Shown piece after piece: positions 1-12,056 of a DNA stretch of 64,000 nucleotides (its first letter is position 1; each line of letters starts with the position of its first letter). Both the position numbers and the translations under genes were made by a program. This DNA is from Schizosaccharomyces osmophilus (taxonomy: Eukaryota), in contig NC_079240.1 in the NCBI RefSeq assembly GCF_027921745.1, positions 248,001 to 312,000 of the forward strand, read 5' to 3'. The notes under the pieces were generated by a model. The model was given only the letters and a program-made list of their open reading frames with translations, had not been told where the DNA came from and did not search any database.

Positions 1-734
1 GATTTCTGACTTGATAAATTATTCTTCTTACATATCCTACGTCTCATTCTTCATAAAAATGAATCCACTTTCCCGTCACCACACATAGTTGATTAATTCA
101 TCGACTTTAGACATTACCAAGACTATTGCAGTTTTCACTATTATCCAACACTTACGATGAAACTCATACAATCAAAAACTAAGTCTTAAGTATACTCAAT
201 ATATAGATACTTTTATACTTAAAACCAAAATGAATGTTCAGAAAATTTTATTTTTTAGTTTTTACTAGACCATGTTGGATTATCTGCACAAATACACAGA
301 ACTTCAACATGCTTCTTTTTTTGTCTAAATATATATAACAACTTGCATGGCTCATAATATACGTACAAATTCTTAGGGAAGACTGTAGAAATCATTAATC
401 GTAGTCCAAAGCATATTTGATGAGAGGGCCACCTAGCATACAGACCCTATCCACCATATACCTTTTTCAAAGTATATTACAGAGATTATAAACAGCAGGA
501 TGATAATTCTGTCTCATCCTTTATTTATAAAGCACATCATTCCCAATTTTAGGGTATAAAATTCAAATTTGTTGTCCTCTGAGAAACTCAACAATAATAT
601 ACTTCGTCCTTTTCAAACCAGTCGAAAATTCCGAACCTCATTGTTAACTTTTAATAGAAAAAAACATTAACGACAATCTTAACATATAATGCAGAAACTA
701 TAATACACTTAGAGCACCTCGTGCTCCTTTTCAT

Positions 735-2348
735 TTAACCACCCTTGTAAGCATGAGAACTTCTTTGACGAATTCTTTTACCAAAGAAATAAAAGAGGAA
801 AGGAATGGGAACAAGGGCACAGCCAATAAAAGCCAACAAAGAGGTAGCCCAGTGAAAGTTCAAATTATTGTACATAGGACGAGCAACAACAGTCATACCA
901 CCACCGGCAGCATAACGCGTGGTTGTACCAACGGCCAATGCACTAGCCGCCAACTCGTGGTAGGAATCAACAAGATAAGAATAACAAGCTTGCAAGACAT
1001 ACAAAAATCCCCATCCCAAGAAGATCCCACTTACTAATGGGGCTGCCCAATGAACTGTTGGGTAACAGGTCCATGCCAACCAAAAGAGACTTATTGGAAT
1101 GAAGAAGGAGCCGAAGAAGAGAGGCCATAGACGGTCTTCGGGACGAACATTTCCATTGTTCATCTTGAAGCGTTTCTTATAATGCCAGTGGATCAAGGGA
1201 GTAAAGGCGAAGCCTACGCCAACCCCGACGTCAACACCAAGCATAGCAAGACCCTCTTCACCAGCATTGAATCCGTATTGAGCAAACATCAAAGGATAAC
1301 CGACGTTCACCATATAGAGAAGGACGTTGACGAATACAAGATACAAACAAATGGCTTGGACAATGGCTTCGGTACTCAAAAGCTTGATACCACGTGTTAA
1401 CGAGGTACGGATAGCATTGGTAACACTACGTTGAAGCTCATGCTCGTTGTACCACAAACTGCAGCTTGTTTTTTTGCGAAGGTACCTAGCTTTAAAATCG
1501 AGAATTGTAGATCCATGACTTTCGGGCATGACAAATATAACGATTAACCAAGTAAGGCCAGCCCAAATCATATTAATCCAAAAGTCCCATCTCCAACCTA
1601 ACTTGCTATCGGTGATAAAACCACCAATGGTAGGTCCAGTAAGGGGACCAATAAAGGCACAGGCACAAAAGAAGAGCAATGCTGAGGTACGCTCGACAGG
1701 GGAATAGAGATCACTAACAGTACCACCGCATGCAGACATGGGAGTACAAGCAAAGAAGCCGTGTATAAAGCGAAAAATAACTAAACTCCAAATGTTTTTT
1801 GAAAGCCCACCTCCGATTTGAAAGAGGGTAAAAATGATGAGCGTACAAGAATAAATAGGAAGCCGTCCATAGACCTCGGAAAGAGGAGCAAAAATAACAG
1901 AACCAGCAGCGAAACCCAATAAAAACACAGCAGAACACAAGTCACCGACAGCAGCACCTACGTGGTACTGTTTTGCAGCGACACCACCACCAGCAGAGAA
2001 AATACTGGAATTAGCGGTGATTACAATGGCGATAAAGGAAGCGATACCTAAGGTAAGATTCTTTTTCCACATAGGCCAGTTTTTGGGATTTAAAGGGTCG
2101 TCTAAACCGTCCCAAGCAACTTGGTAATCTGAATTGTCCTGCTCCTCTTGCGTAGATTTACTATGGGAAGAAGTAAACCCATCATCTTCGTCGCTGGATT
2201 GGGCCTGAGGCTCTACCTTTTCATGCTGCTGATGAGTAGGTTCTTGGCCTTGTGGAGCGGAAGCTTTCTTGGAATTAACGTTACTTAGGCTTGCATTGAT
2301 GTCAATATGGCGGAACTTCCTACCTGTCAACAGAAAAATATAGTCCAT
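735..2348 (-). CDS. MFS transporter, DHA1 (drug:H+ antiporter-1 / Tpo1-like) family; positional equivalent of S. pombe SPCC794.04c
   Basis: 537-aa ORF with DHA1 motifs WDGLDDPLNPKNWP, APLSEVYGR, PEDRL and YLVDSY, and about 12 hydrophobic segments. Confidence 0.9.
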   Translation of the reverse strand: MDYIFLLTGRKFRHIDINASLSNVNSKKASAPQGQEPTHQQHEKVEPQAQSSDEDDGFTSSHSKSTQEEQDNSDYQVAWDGLDDPLNPKNWPMWKKNLTLGIASFIAIVITANSSIFSAGGGVAAKQYHVGAAVGDLCSAVFLLGFAAGSVIFAPLSEVYGRLPIYSCTLIIFTLFQIGGGLSKNIWSLVIFRFIHGFFACTPMSACGGTVSDLYSPVERTSALLFFCACAFIGPLTGPTIGGFITDSKLGWRWDFWINMIWAGLTWLIVIFVMPESHGSTILDFKARYLRKKTSCSLWYNEHELQRSVTNAIRTSLTRGIKLLSTEAIVQAICLYLVFVNVLLYMVNVGYPLMFAQYGFNAGEEGLAMLGVDVGVGVGFAFTPLIHWHYKKRFKMNNGNVRPEDRLWPLFFGSFFIPISLFWLAWTCYPTVHWAAPLVSGIFLGWGFLYVLQACYSYLVDSYHELAASALAVGTTTRYAAGGGMTVVARPMYNNLNFHWATSLLAFIGCALVPIPFLFYFFGKRIRQRSSHAYKGG

Positions 2349-2854
2349 TGTTTTCGTCTATATCAAAAAAACAAAAGATAAGAGAGATGTAAAAATAGAA
2401 AAGGAAACAATGGTTAAATAAAAACAAGAAGGTTAAGATGAAAAGAGAAAAGACTCCAAATGTTCAACAAAAAGAATGGACAGAACACGCAAGACGATAT
2501 GCAGAAATCAAGCAACAAACGTCGTTGACAGCGAAAAAGCAGAAGGAAGGAAAGAGAAAAAAACGAAATAGAAAAGAGTGAAAGCAAACACCTAAATGAA
2601 AATGAATGTTGGGTGTTGATTTGTAGAGAACACTTTGCAAGAACTGACCTTTAAGATTAGAATTCCGCACGGTTTTATAAGAGATGTAGATAAATGCCTC
2701 GAAAGTCAAAGCGTCGTAGGGGTGAAATCAAGAGTTCAAAAAGAAACGAAGCAATGAATGAAACAAATTGAAAAATCGTCACTTTGTTTTAGCGAAACGA
2801 AATGCGAAAGACAAAAAAAATACAAACTACAAAAGAAAGCAAAGTCAATTCAAT

Positions 2855-2875
2855 TCAAAAAGGATTAATCGGCAT
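2855..2875 (-). other. Putative uORF MPINPF* in the MFS transporter 5' leader
   Basis: Minus strand reads ATG CCG ATT AAT CCT TTT TGA. It is the only ATG I found between the TATA-like element near 3351-3360 and the main ATG at 2348. Confidence 0.45.
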
Positions 2876-3350
2876 GTATTTCCAGTATTTAATCGAGGGA
2901 ATCACGTAAAGCAAAGGGGGAAACAAAGCTTCAAAACGAATTAGGAAAGAGAAAAAGAAATAATAGAGAAAAGAAAAGGGTTAACGTGAGAGGCTAGAAG
3001 AAAGGGAGAAAAAGAGAAAATTGAAACTGAAACTGAAACCTCGGATCTCAAATCTCAAATAACAACAAATGAATTCCCTAAACAAAGCAAAGGCAGGTTG
3101 TTGGTAAAGGCGTGGATGATGAAGAAGAGAGAAACCAACCAAACCAAGGGGAAAGTGTAGTAAAGGAAACACACAAAAGCGTCCAAACACAAAGTTAGAA
3201 AAACAAAAAAAAAGGCGTCAGAAGAAGAATGGAAAGGGCTACCTGACTATGTGAAAGAAGGAAAAAAAGGATTAGATCTCGAGGTAGCGAAACTCGAGAA
3301 TGAGTAAATACGAAATGGGGGGGATTCAAGAGAGACCTGGGGAATGCGGC

Positions 3351-3360
3351 CTATATAAAT
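3351..3360 (-). promoter_or_regulatory. TATA-like element for the MFS gene
   Basis: ctatataaat (minus ATTTATATAG) at the upstream edge of a ~1 kb purine/pyrimidine-skewed, AUG-depleted tract. Confidence 0.4.
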
Positions 3361-3705
3361 GCAAGAAAATACAAGACCCAGGACTCAAAGCTGTATGCGA
3401 CTTAAAACAACATATCCAAAAATGACGCAAACAATAGAGGGAGAGCGAGATAGTAAGAGGAAGAAATAAGTTCGGCTACGTATCAATGAGGAGAAAGGTA
3501 ACATCAATGAACAAAATAAGACACGAGACACGGTGGACTGGTAAAATAAAGTGCAACCACATACGAGTCACGTTGCTTGTTTTCATTGATTGGTGATTCA
3601 ATAGGGTTTCTTAGCAATCTAGAACCATTGATACCTTTGCAATGCCGACGTAATTGTGGAGAGCCGGTAGGTGTAATCACGAGATCTTCTTCTTATTGCC
3701 GTCAA

Positions 3706-3715
3706 TTGACGTCAA
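3706..3715. promoter_or_regulatory. CRE palindrome (Atf1/Pcr1-type site)
   Basis: TTGACGTCAA perfect palindrome in the 3-kb divergent intergenic region. Confidence 0.45.
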
Positions 3716-5393
3716 GTTCGAACCTTGTTGAGGCCTTTCGTGAGGATGATGGAAAAGAGAAGAGGAGCTTGAACGAATGAAAGAAAGAGATCAAAGAGGC
3801 GTCGAGGGGACTCCACTGTGGCCAAGGAGGGGGGACGGGAATGAGTGGATGAGGGAAATCAAAACAAAAGGCTGGGTAAACTTTAGAATTCCAAGTGCGC
3901 ACCGCCGCACCTTGGAAAATGCAATGATGGGGAGGAAACTCTAAAGTATGTATGAAATCAAGCAAGAACCAGGGTAATGCACAGGTCCCCCAATACTCAA
4001 GAAGGCTCGTGCGTCGGAAGTAGAAACACCCGGGAACGGCCGGCATTGAGAAACAAAACAAAAAGAGTCTGTATCATGGATTAAAACAAACCATGGTTCT
4101 TTCTGCTGATTGATGGAGGAACGGCTGGTTTGGACGTTTAGATGCACCACTCGGTAGTAGAAATAACAAAGGGCGTTTTATTCGTACATACAAAGGAAGA
4201 TGCCGAAAAACAAAACAAAAAAAAACAGTGATAAGCGACCGTGATTAGAACTCCCGATCGGTACTTGAGACGGCTGGCAGTTGTTGGCATCGGGAAAGAA
4301 ACCGACTTTGAAGACAATTTGGACATTTCAGGATTTCCCAAAGAAAGAGGGAAAAAGAAAGAAAGAAACAGTTTCGGTGTTGAGCCCCTCTTGACCTTCT
4401 TGTTCCTCTTTGTTGTAAGGTGATACCACCAGTCGGCTTTTCCATCACGTTATAAAGACTCTGGTAAAAACGGCAGACTCGTTGCCTCTGATCACAAGAC
4501 ACCACACGACATCGTGCAAAAAAAACAAAACATGCATAGGAGGCCGCCCTGATTTTTCCTGGTGTACCAACGTTTGTTTACTTTTTCTTCACCTCGTTCC
4601 ATGGTGGAAATCCAGTTTGCGAGTGCGGAGCCTTTACGGCAGGAGGGTTTTGCGAGGACTAGGTTCCTCGCTATTCATATTTGAAGGCAAAAAGATTCAC
4701 TTGGGTTTCTCATTGCTTGTCTTTTTATATAGAGGTGATTTATTTCATCTCTCCTTATCCGTACACCGAAATTCTCTTCCCGTTCCGTTCCACTTCCGTA
4801 ATAGACCCATCCCGACCTTTGCGGTTTTTGAAATACCGCGATTGGGCGTCGGTCGTAAGAAAGTGATGATTATACCAAACTAGCATACTCAGCAAGCAAT
4901 GATTTTAAAAAGGAAAAAGATAGTTATAGATGGACGAGACAGTCTAGTCTTGTTTGCTCTGCTTTCCTCTTGCCTACTCGCCCATGTTGGTTTCGCGTCC
5001 TCCTTGCACTGGGTGGATTCCCCGGTGGAAGGATTTCTCTCGGTATCCACCACATACGGTTCCCGGGCAAACGTCCAACACAGCGGAACGTGAGACGTGA
5101 TTTATAAAAACAAGAGGTTTTTCGCTTTTTTTTTTTTTTACACTGAAAACTAGTCCACCATCCATTGCAATTCAAGGCAACGCAGTTTGTTCTTTCCCAT
5201 ATCTTTTTTTTTTCTTTTTTTTTTATTGATTGTTTTGTTTGTTTTCAACTTGCCTCCCTTTCTTCTATAGAATTTTGCGTCTTCAATTAATGATTCATTC
5301 TCTCTTTTCTTTTTCTTTTCTTTTTGTGTTGACTTTTTCGTTTTTTTTCGACATCTTCCTTTTTGCTTTTCCCTTTTTGTTTACAAATAGTGA

Positions 5394-6707
5394 ATGGGTC
5401 TTTTGAAACAACGGTATCATGAACTCTTGGACTTGCGCGTGCGTGGTGAACGCCTCCCCATAGCAAGGCGTCTTCAACACTTTACATGGGCATGGTTTGC
5501 TTCGACAATGGGTACAGGTGGTATTGGCATGATCACCTCCCTGTATTACTTTCGGTTCCATGGCCTCACCACCCTTGGAAAAATCATTTTCATCTTTCAA
5601 CTATGTATTTTTTCCCTTTTCACAGTATGCATTCTCTTTCGCTTCCTTCGTTACCCAGGTACCTTTTGGAGATCTTGGAATAATGCTGGCGAAGCTGTCT
5701 TCATGCCGACTTTTCTCCTCTCCGTCGCCACCATCATCAGCAATTTCTACCCATATGCCTATCCATACACCGGTGAATGGATGGTTTGGACAATCCGCAT
5801 TACCTATTGGATCTACTTTGTCATTGCTTGCATAGTTTGCGTCAGTCTCTTTTATACCCTTTTCCGCAACCATCCGTTTCAAATAGGTACCATCATCCCT
5901 GCCGTTGTTCTTCCCATCTTTCCTTGTATGATTTGCGGTGTCGCCGCCAGTGCCATTGTCGAGTCCCAGCCTCCAGCACAGGCAAAGAACATGATCATTG
6001 CCGGTATCGCCTTTCAGGGCTTGGGATTTTGGGTCTATCTTCTTTTGTATGGAAATAACCTCTTACGTCTCTTCACCGCCGGTCTTCAGGCCCCCTCTGA
6101 CCGCCCTGGTATGTTTATCCTTGTAAGCCCTCCTTCCTATACAGGTCTTACTCTTTTGGATCTAGGTTTTGGTGCGGTTCACAAGCAGCATTCCATTTTC
6201 GTCACCAAAAACTCTCCCGACTGGTTAATGTTCATATGCACCTTCTTGGCTATCTTCATGGTTGCCTTGGGCGCTTTCAACTTTATCCTTGCTTTGGTTT
6301 CTGTCGTCGCCGGTTTTTGCTCTCCTGGCAAACTCAAATTCAAGATCTCCTGGTTTGCTATGATTTTTGCAAACGGCGGTCTTGTCATGGTTATCCAAGA
6401 ACTCGGCAAGGCCGTCGACTCCAGAGCTCTTGATGTCCTTGGCCAAGTTTGCGGTGGTATCATATCCGTCGTCTGGGTCATCTTGATCCTTCTTGCTATT
6501 CGTGCCATATACGTCCAAGAAGTCCTCTATCCTGGAAAGGACGAAGATGTCAACATTCTTCCTCCTGATGTCCTCAAGTACTTTGAAAAGCTAGAACTAT
6601 TTGGCGGAGACAACGCTGGAGGAAGTGATAATGGCTCCTCCAAAGATGGTCGTATCGTGCATGATGAAATGTATGTGAAAAAAATAAACCATACTCAAAA
6701 TCTATAA
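5394..6707 (+). CDS. TDT/SLAC1-family C4-dicarboxylate (malate) transporter, Mae1 paralogue (SPCC794.06-like)
   Basis: 437 aa. KQRYHELLD, HFTWAWFASTMGTGG, FQGLGFW, DRPGMF and YPGKDED closely resemble S. pombe Mae1. Confidence 0.9.
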   Translation: MGLLKQRYHELLDLRVRGERLPIARRLQHFTWAWFASTMGTGGIGMITSLYYFRFHGLTTLGKIIFIFQLCIFSLFTVCILFRFLRYPGTFWRSWNNAGEAVFMPTFLLSVATIISNFYPYAYPYTGEWMVWTIRITYWIYFVIACIVCVSLFYTLFRNHPFQIGTIIPAVVLPIFPCMICGVAASAIVESQPPAQAKNMIIAGIAFQGLGFWVYLLLYGNNLLRLFTAGLQAPSDRPGMFILVSPPSYTGLTLLDLGFGAVHKQHSIFVTKNSPDWLMFICTFLAIFMVALGAFNFILALVSVVAGFCSPGKLKFKISWFAMIFANGGLVMVIQELGKAVDSRALDVLGQVCGGIISVVWVILILLAIRAIYVQEVLYPGKDEDVNILPPDVLKYFEKLELFGGDNAGGSDNGSSKDGRIVHDEMYVKKINHTQNL

Positions 6708-7643
6708 AATTCGATCCTGTTTGATTTACCCTCCTCTTAAAAGTCCGTTGAGGAACCTTGTTTTATTGTTTTTGGTCTAAATTTTTTTTTTTTCTCCTTT
6801 TGGTCTCCTTTCATACATGGCAGTATAGAAAAGGACGGTTTGATTGTTTTGTTTGGTTATCGATGTTTAATATTGTTGCATAATCGTTTTGCTCGCATAA
6901 ATCATGGTTTCATAAAGATGGAAATCTGACAAGCCTTAATACCTTCTACCTTCTATTATACCTCCTTTACACGTAACGTGTGTCCAATTTAAAATCCGCT
7001 AACTAATTTGTTACTATTTTCATTATATCTAGACCTATATTTATACCTTTACCTATATCCAATGTTCTGAATCGCTGCTTTTTTCTGGCAGGCTTGGATG
7101 GAACACGTAGGCTTCATTTCTGTACGAACCCCTTATATCGCTCTTTCTAATTGTTTTGACAGTTCGATTTCGATTTTCGGTTATAATCTAATACTAGCAC
7201 TTGCTTTGATTGCTACAAATATACTGATAGGCTTGGATGAACAATTGATGTTTGGTGTTATACTTTATCAGCGTAAATACAGTTCATCTTGTAAAAACTT
7301 TTTGTTCAAATTGTAAGATATCAACTTTTTTTTTCATTATCATAAATAATTCCTGTGTATACATTAATAAGCTGCTAAAGTTGGTAATTCTTTTTACTTC
7401 CATAATGGTAAGCCGATTAACATTATCGTTGAGCAATCCTTCTTATATACCTACGGTCTGTTTTGCTATTTCTCATTGTGTTTGCTATCATAATGAAGTG
7501 CACCTCACAATACGGGAGGGGACGTCCCACATATAGGAAAGTGTGGCTTTCCTCTACCAACACCACAAATTCGAGTTTTTGGCGGCGATTTAGCGTTAAA
7601 ACGGACTAAAAATCTCTATTTAATCTCACTGAGGAATCGCTAA

Positions 7644-9168
7644 ATGTTGTCTGGAAGTCTCGTTCGAAATGTGCGCCGTGGTTTCGCTGTAACGAAGTCG
7701 TTACAGGTTTCCGGCGGGTAAGTAGAAAAAATCCTCCTTAATCTTGGTTCCTTGGCTTGGATTATAAATGACTAATCTTTTTAGAACAATTACAGCTAAG
7801 CGTGCCAATCTTTACCCCCTGATTAGTAGCATGGCCCGATCTTATGCTACTAAAAAAGAATATCCTCCATACACAGTTTTAAATATGCCAGCTTTGTCTC
7901 CTACTATGACTGCTGGTAATATTGGAGCATACCACAAAAGTATTGGAGACAGAATTGAGCCTGGTGATGTGTTGTGCGAAATTGAAACTGACAAGGCTCA
8001 GATGGATTTTGAACAACAAGATGAGGGTTATTTGGCTAAAATTTTGATTGAGACAGGTGCTAAGGATGTCCCTGTCGGCAAGCCCGTTGCTCTCACTGTA
8101 GAAAACGTGGACGATGTAGAAGCTTTCAATGATTTCAGCATCGAAGCTGCTGCTACTGAAACTCCTGAAACTCCTAAAGAAGAACCCAAGGTAGAAAAGG
8201 TTGAAGCTACTGCTCAACCCGAAGCTGCCGAGGCTGAGACACATGAAGCCACCAGTGTTGACGGCAACCGAATCTTTGCATCTCCTATTGCTAAGAAGTT
8301 GGCTGAAGAGAAGGGTGTTAACTTGTCTCAACTGCGCGGATCTGGTCCCAATGGCCGTATCATCAAGGTCGATGTCGAAAACTTTAAACCCGCCCAACCT
8401 GCCGCTCCTTCAAATAAAGCTGCTGCTGCCGCAACTACTCCTGCTGCTTCTGTTAAGGACGCTGCTGCCGCTGGCACCTATGAAGATTTACCCTTGAGCA
8501 ACATGCGCAAGATTATCGCTTCTCGCCTTACTGAAAGTAAGCAAATCAACCCTCATTACTATGTTAGCGTCGCCATTGATGCCGAAAAGATTGTTCGCCT
8601 TCGCACTGCTCTTAACTCTATGGCTGATGGCCGTTACAAGCTCTCTGTTAATGACCTCGTAATTAAGGCTGTTACTGCCGCTTTGAGAGAAGTTCCCGAA
8701 GTTAATTCCGCTTGGATGGGTGAGTTTATTCGTCAATATAAGAACGTCGACATTTCTATGGCCGTTGCTACTCCTTCCGGCTTAGTTACCCCCGTTATCC
8801 GTAATGCTAGTGGCCTTGGTCTTCGTGAAATTTCCAACCTGGCTAAGGACTATGGTCAACGTGCCCGTATCAACAGATTGAAGCCTGAGGAATACCAAGG
8901 TGGTACTTTCACAATCTCTAATTTGGGTATGTTCCCTGTTGATCAATTTACTGCTATTATCAACCCTCCTCAAGCTGGTATCTTGGCTGTTGGTACTGTT
9001 AACGAGACTGTTGTTCCTGATAAGACCTCTGAGAAGGGCTTCAGGGTTGCTCCTATTATGAAATGCACTTTGAGCGCTGATCATCGCGTTGTTGACGGTG
9101 CTATGGCTGCTCGTTTCACCACCGCTCTTAAAAAGATCATGGAAAATCCTTTGGAGCTCTTGCTTTAA
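7644..9168 (+). CDS. lat1: Pyruvate dehydrogenase E2, dihydrolipoamide acetyltransferase; exons 7644-7717, 7785-9168
   Basis: Lipoyl domain MPALSPTM/EIETDKA, E3-binding GSGPNGRI and catalytic DHRVVDG. Intron GTAAGT..ACTAAT..TAG joins a mitochondrial-presequence exon in frame. Confidence 0.95.
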
Positions 9169-9602
9169 ATGACGTCTTTCTTTTTAATTTAAAGGATTTG
9201 AATTCAGTATCCTTAATTTAAATCTAAATATTGCTGGTGACTAATGTGATTCCTTGCTGTGTTATTTCCTTCATACATTTAACGTTAAAGTCGAATGTAG
9301 TACCATTATCTACGAATGAGAATCAGTACATTTATTTCTTTTGTAAAGTTCAACTTTGTATACTGTAGTAAAAGCTTACATACTTAGCATAAGTTTAAAA
9401 GTATTTTCGGTGGATATGGAGAGTAAACATTTATTAGTTAGCGTTTTTATAATAAATTTGATACTAGAATAATTGGTTCGCTTAGATAAATTAAGATTAC
9501 ATGTTGTGTGCTTAATGAGATATGGTATACACCACCACCACCTTACTTCATCCGTTTACCAACTCGGACGCTGTTTCATGACTGACCTTTCAATTGGCTT
9601 CC

Positions 9603-12056
9603 ATGTGGCTTTTATTTCGCTCTAAGCACAAAAAATTAGTACTCAAATGCTTTCCTTCAAGAAAAATAGGAGGGTCGGAGCCTAACGGTTCACCTTTAGC
9701 TTATTTGAGCTACTATGCCGCATCCAACTCAGGGAAATTGAGGAAGGTCATTCGTTATTTAAGTCGTCTTGTCCAACATAGCGTATACAGAAGAAGGGAA
9801 AAGTAAGAGGGTCTCTTGTAAGACAAGCTGTTTACTAACTTAAATAGTGAAACGGTCATCGCTTTGAAGATTTGTCGAACTTTGATCCAAAAGTGTCCAG
9901 AAAATGTAATGATCATGGCCTCAGAGATTGTTAAAATACTGTTGGCTTCTAGTAATCTCAAAAACTTGGACGTCCAAAACGTTTCAGTGGATTGTTTTGC
10001 TTCCTTTTGCGAACGGAGTATAAAAACAAATTCCTTGGCTTTTGGAAATGAATTTTATAAATCATTCGATGAATTGGTTTCGTTCTATTTTGACCTATCT
10101 AGAAGCGAAAGCCCCCCAGATCCCCAGCAATCAAGAATGCTAGGCTTGAAGGCATTTCACGCCTTGACATCTTGTAAGCTATCAAATGTTGAAGGCGAAT
10201 CACGTAGTCAGCCCCATTTCGTTATTCATGCTTTTCTAAGTAATGCTTGGAGCAAAAATGAAATGGCCCAACAAAGCTTTATTGCTTTGGTACGCTCAAC
10301 AGCTCAAGCATTTAGGCCATTACCTCCCAGTACTACTGGTATATCTTTACCAGAACATGATGAAGTTGGCGACACTGTAGAGATCGCGAATAAAAAATTA
10401 TCGCTGAGGGTTTTATATAACGTATATACTCAGACCAATCCTCTATTCATGACTGAAAGCACGAAATCTCTAGTTCATTTTTTCTCTGGTAAATCAAATA
10501 CTGTGGTTAATCAGACTTACATTTCTGTTATACTCAACCAAATAGTTGAGTGGACTCCCGTTGAACTACGGCATTCTATCTTTTTTTGCTGTTTACGTTG
10601 TTTGCAAAGCAGCCGCATTGAAAATGCAAATACTAATGTTTTGGTTCCCTACATGATCTATTCCATCCTTAACTCCCAAAATTCTATTCCGGGTCTTTCT
10701 GTGATTGACGTTCTCAGAGAGGTAGAATTTCATCTTCTAATTGCAATAGAAAATACTGAAATTAGTGATTCAGAATGGTACACGTTGTGTGCATCTCCAA
10801 CTGAGCGATTACCTCGGCGTTTATATTTACTTCTGCTATGTATTACTTCCTTAATCAATCATCAGTATTACAACGAAGAGTTCGCCGATGTATGGAAAGA
10901 GATGGATTCACTTTCAAGTGAGAAAGCTACAACTGCCACTCAGCTGGTTGTGCTTACGGCTTTGGATATCATGCAGATGGAACAAATGGAGAAGGAAAGG
11001 CCTTCTTCAGTTGGTACACTTTCATTCATTGCTGATTTTTTGTATAAGGCTTGGCCAGCAACTTTTCAGCGTGTATATACTTCAGATTCACCATTTGTTC
11101 GCTTAAAGACCGTTAACGTTTTTTTTGAGTTTTTGAATATTTCACCTACCTCTATTTTTGACTTTAATACAGTTTTTGGAAAAAGCACAGTTTCTTATTT
11201 CTCCGCTTTATGGAGTTTCATCTACGAAATAAGTGGACAAATCGAAAAATGGCTTGGAAAGTTTTGTTTCTTGGGAGAGTTTGAGGCTGTACTCAGACTA
11301 TCACAAAAATTTTATGCCGTTTATGGACCTATTACTGTAGCTGCTTTCCTCCCTTCGCTGTATCGAGCTTTAAATGCTACGGAAGGGCATTACTTGATAT
11401 CCCATCAAGCTTTGATAGCCGATTATCTTCTTTATGTCTCTGATTGCTTGGGTAATGATACTTTAAAAAGGATGAGCTTAAAGTGGAGAATGTCTCTTCC
11501 GTCTGAAGTTCTCGTAGGTTTGGATTTTAACGGCAGAAAGGCCAGAAATTTGTGGGATCCCTTGCCCACAAATACTACTAGCACTATATCTCTTTCACTT
11601 GATGAAGTTGTTTCAGAATTGTTACAGAAAAATCCTTCAGTTTATCCTGAGGAATCAAAAGTTTTATTTTTGGAAAAATCTTGGCATCCAAAGTATTCGA
11701 GCTTTTATGAAAAAATACAGAAACCTACTAAAACAGTTACTTTATCTTCTTCTTCAGAAAACTCATTTACTAATGGGCTGATGATGTCAGATTTTAATCC
11801 AAATCCAATAATGGTTCACAAAACTCATCCATCTGCGAAAGTCGACAATCAGAACCCAAAGAACGAGAAAATTCTGACGTTGAAGCAAGCTTTGGAATCT
11901 CCCCCGAGTGCTCGGACATCATCGGGCTTCCGTACGCCATCTGAAATAACACTGTCATTGCGTTCTGCTAGTCCCCTCCCATTATTGGACATTTTTAATA
12001 TGAATAACTCTCTCTCAGCACCGACTATCCAACACCCCCCATACGTTAACTTATAG
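9603..12056 (+). CDS. efr3: Efr3 plasma-membrane scaffold of the PI4-kinase complex; exons 9603-9802, 9848-12056
   Basis: N-terminal KHKKLVLKCFP...LSYYAASNSGKL, plus GLSVIDVL and HQYYNEE motifs. Intron GTAAGA..CTAAC..TAG keeps frame. Confidence 0.85.

Noticed and set aside
3577..5175. Many 60-133 aa ORFs in the long intergenic region
   Set aside because: Mostly non-ATG starts, mutually overlapping, and with composition explained by poly-purine/pyrimidine tracts.
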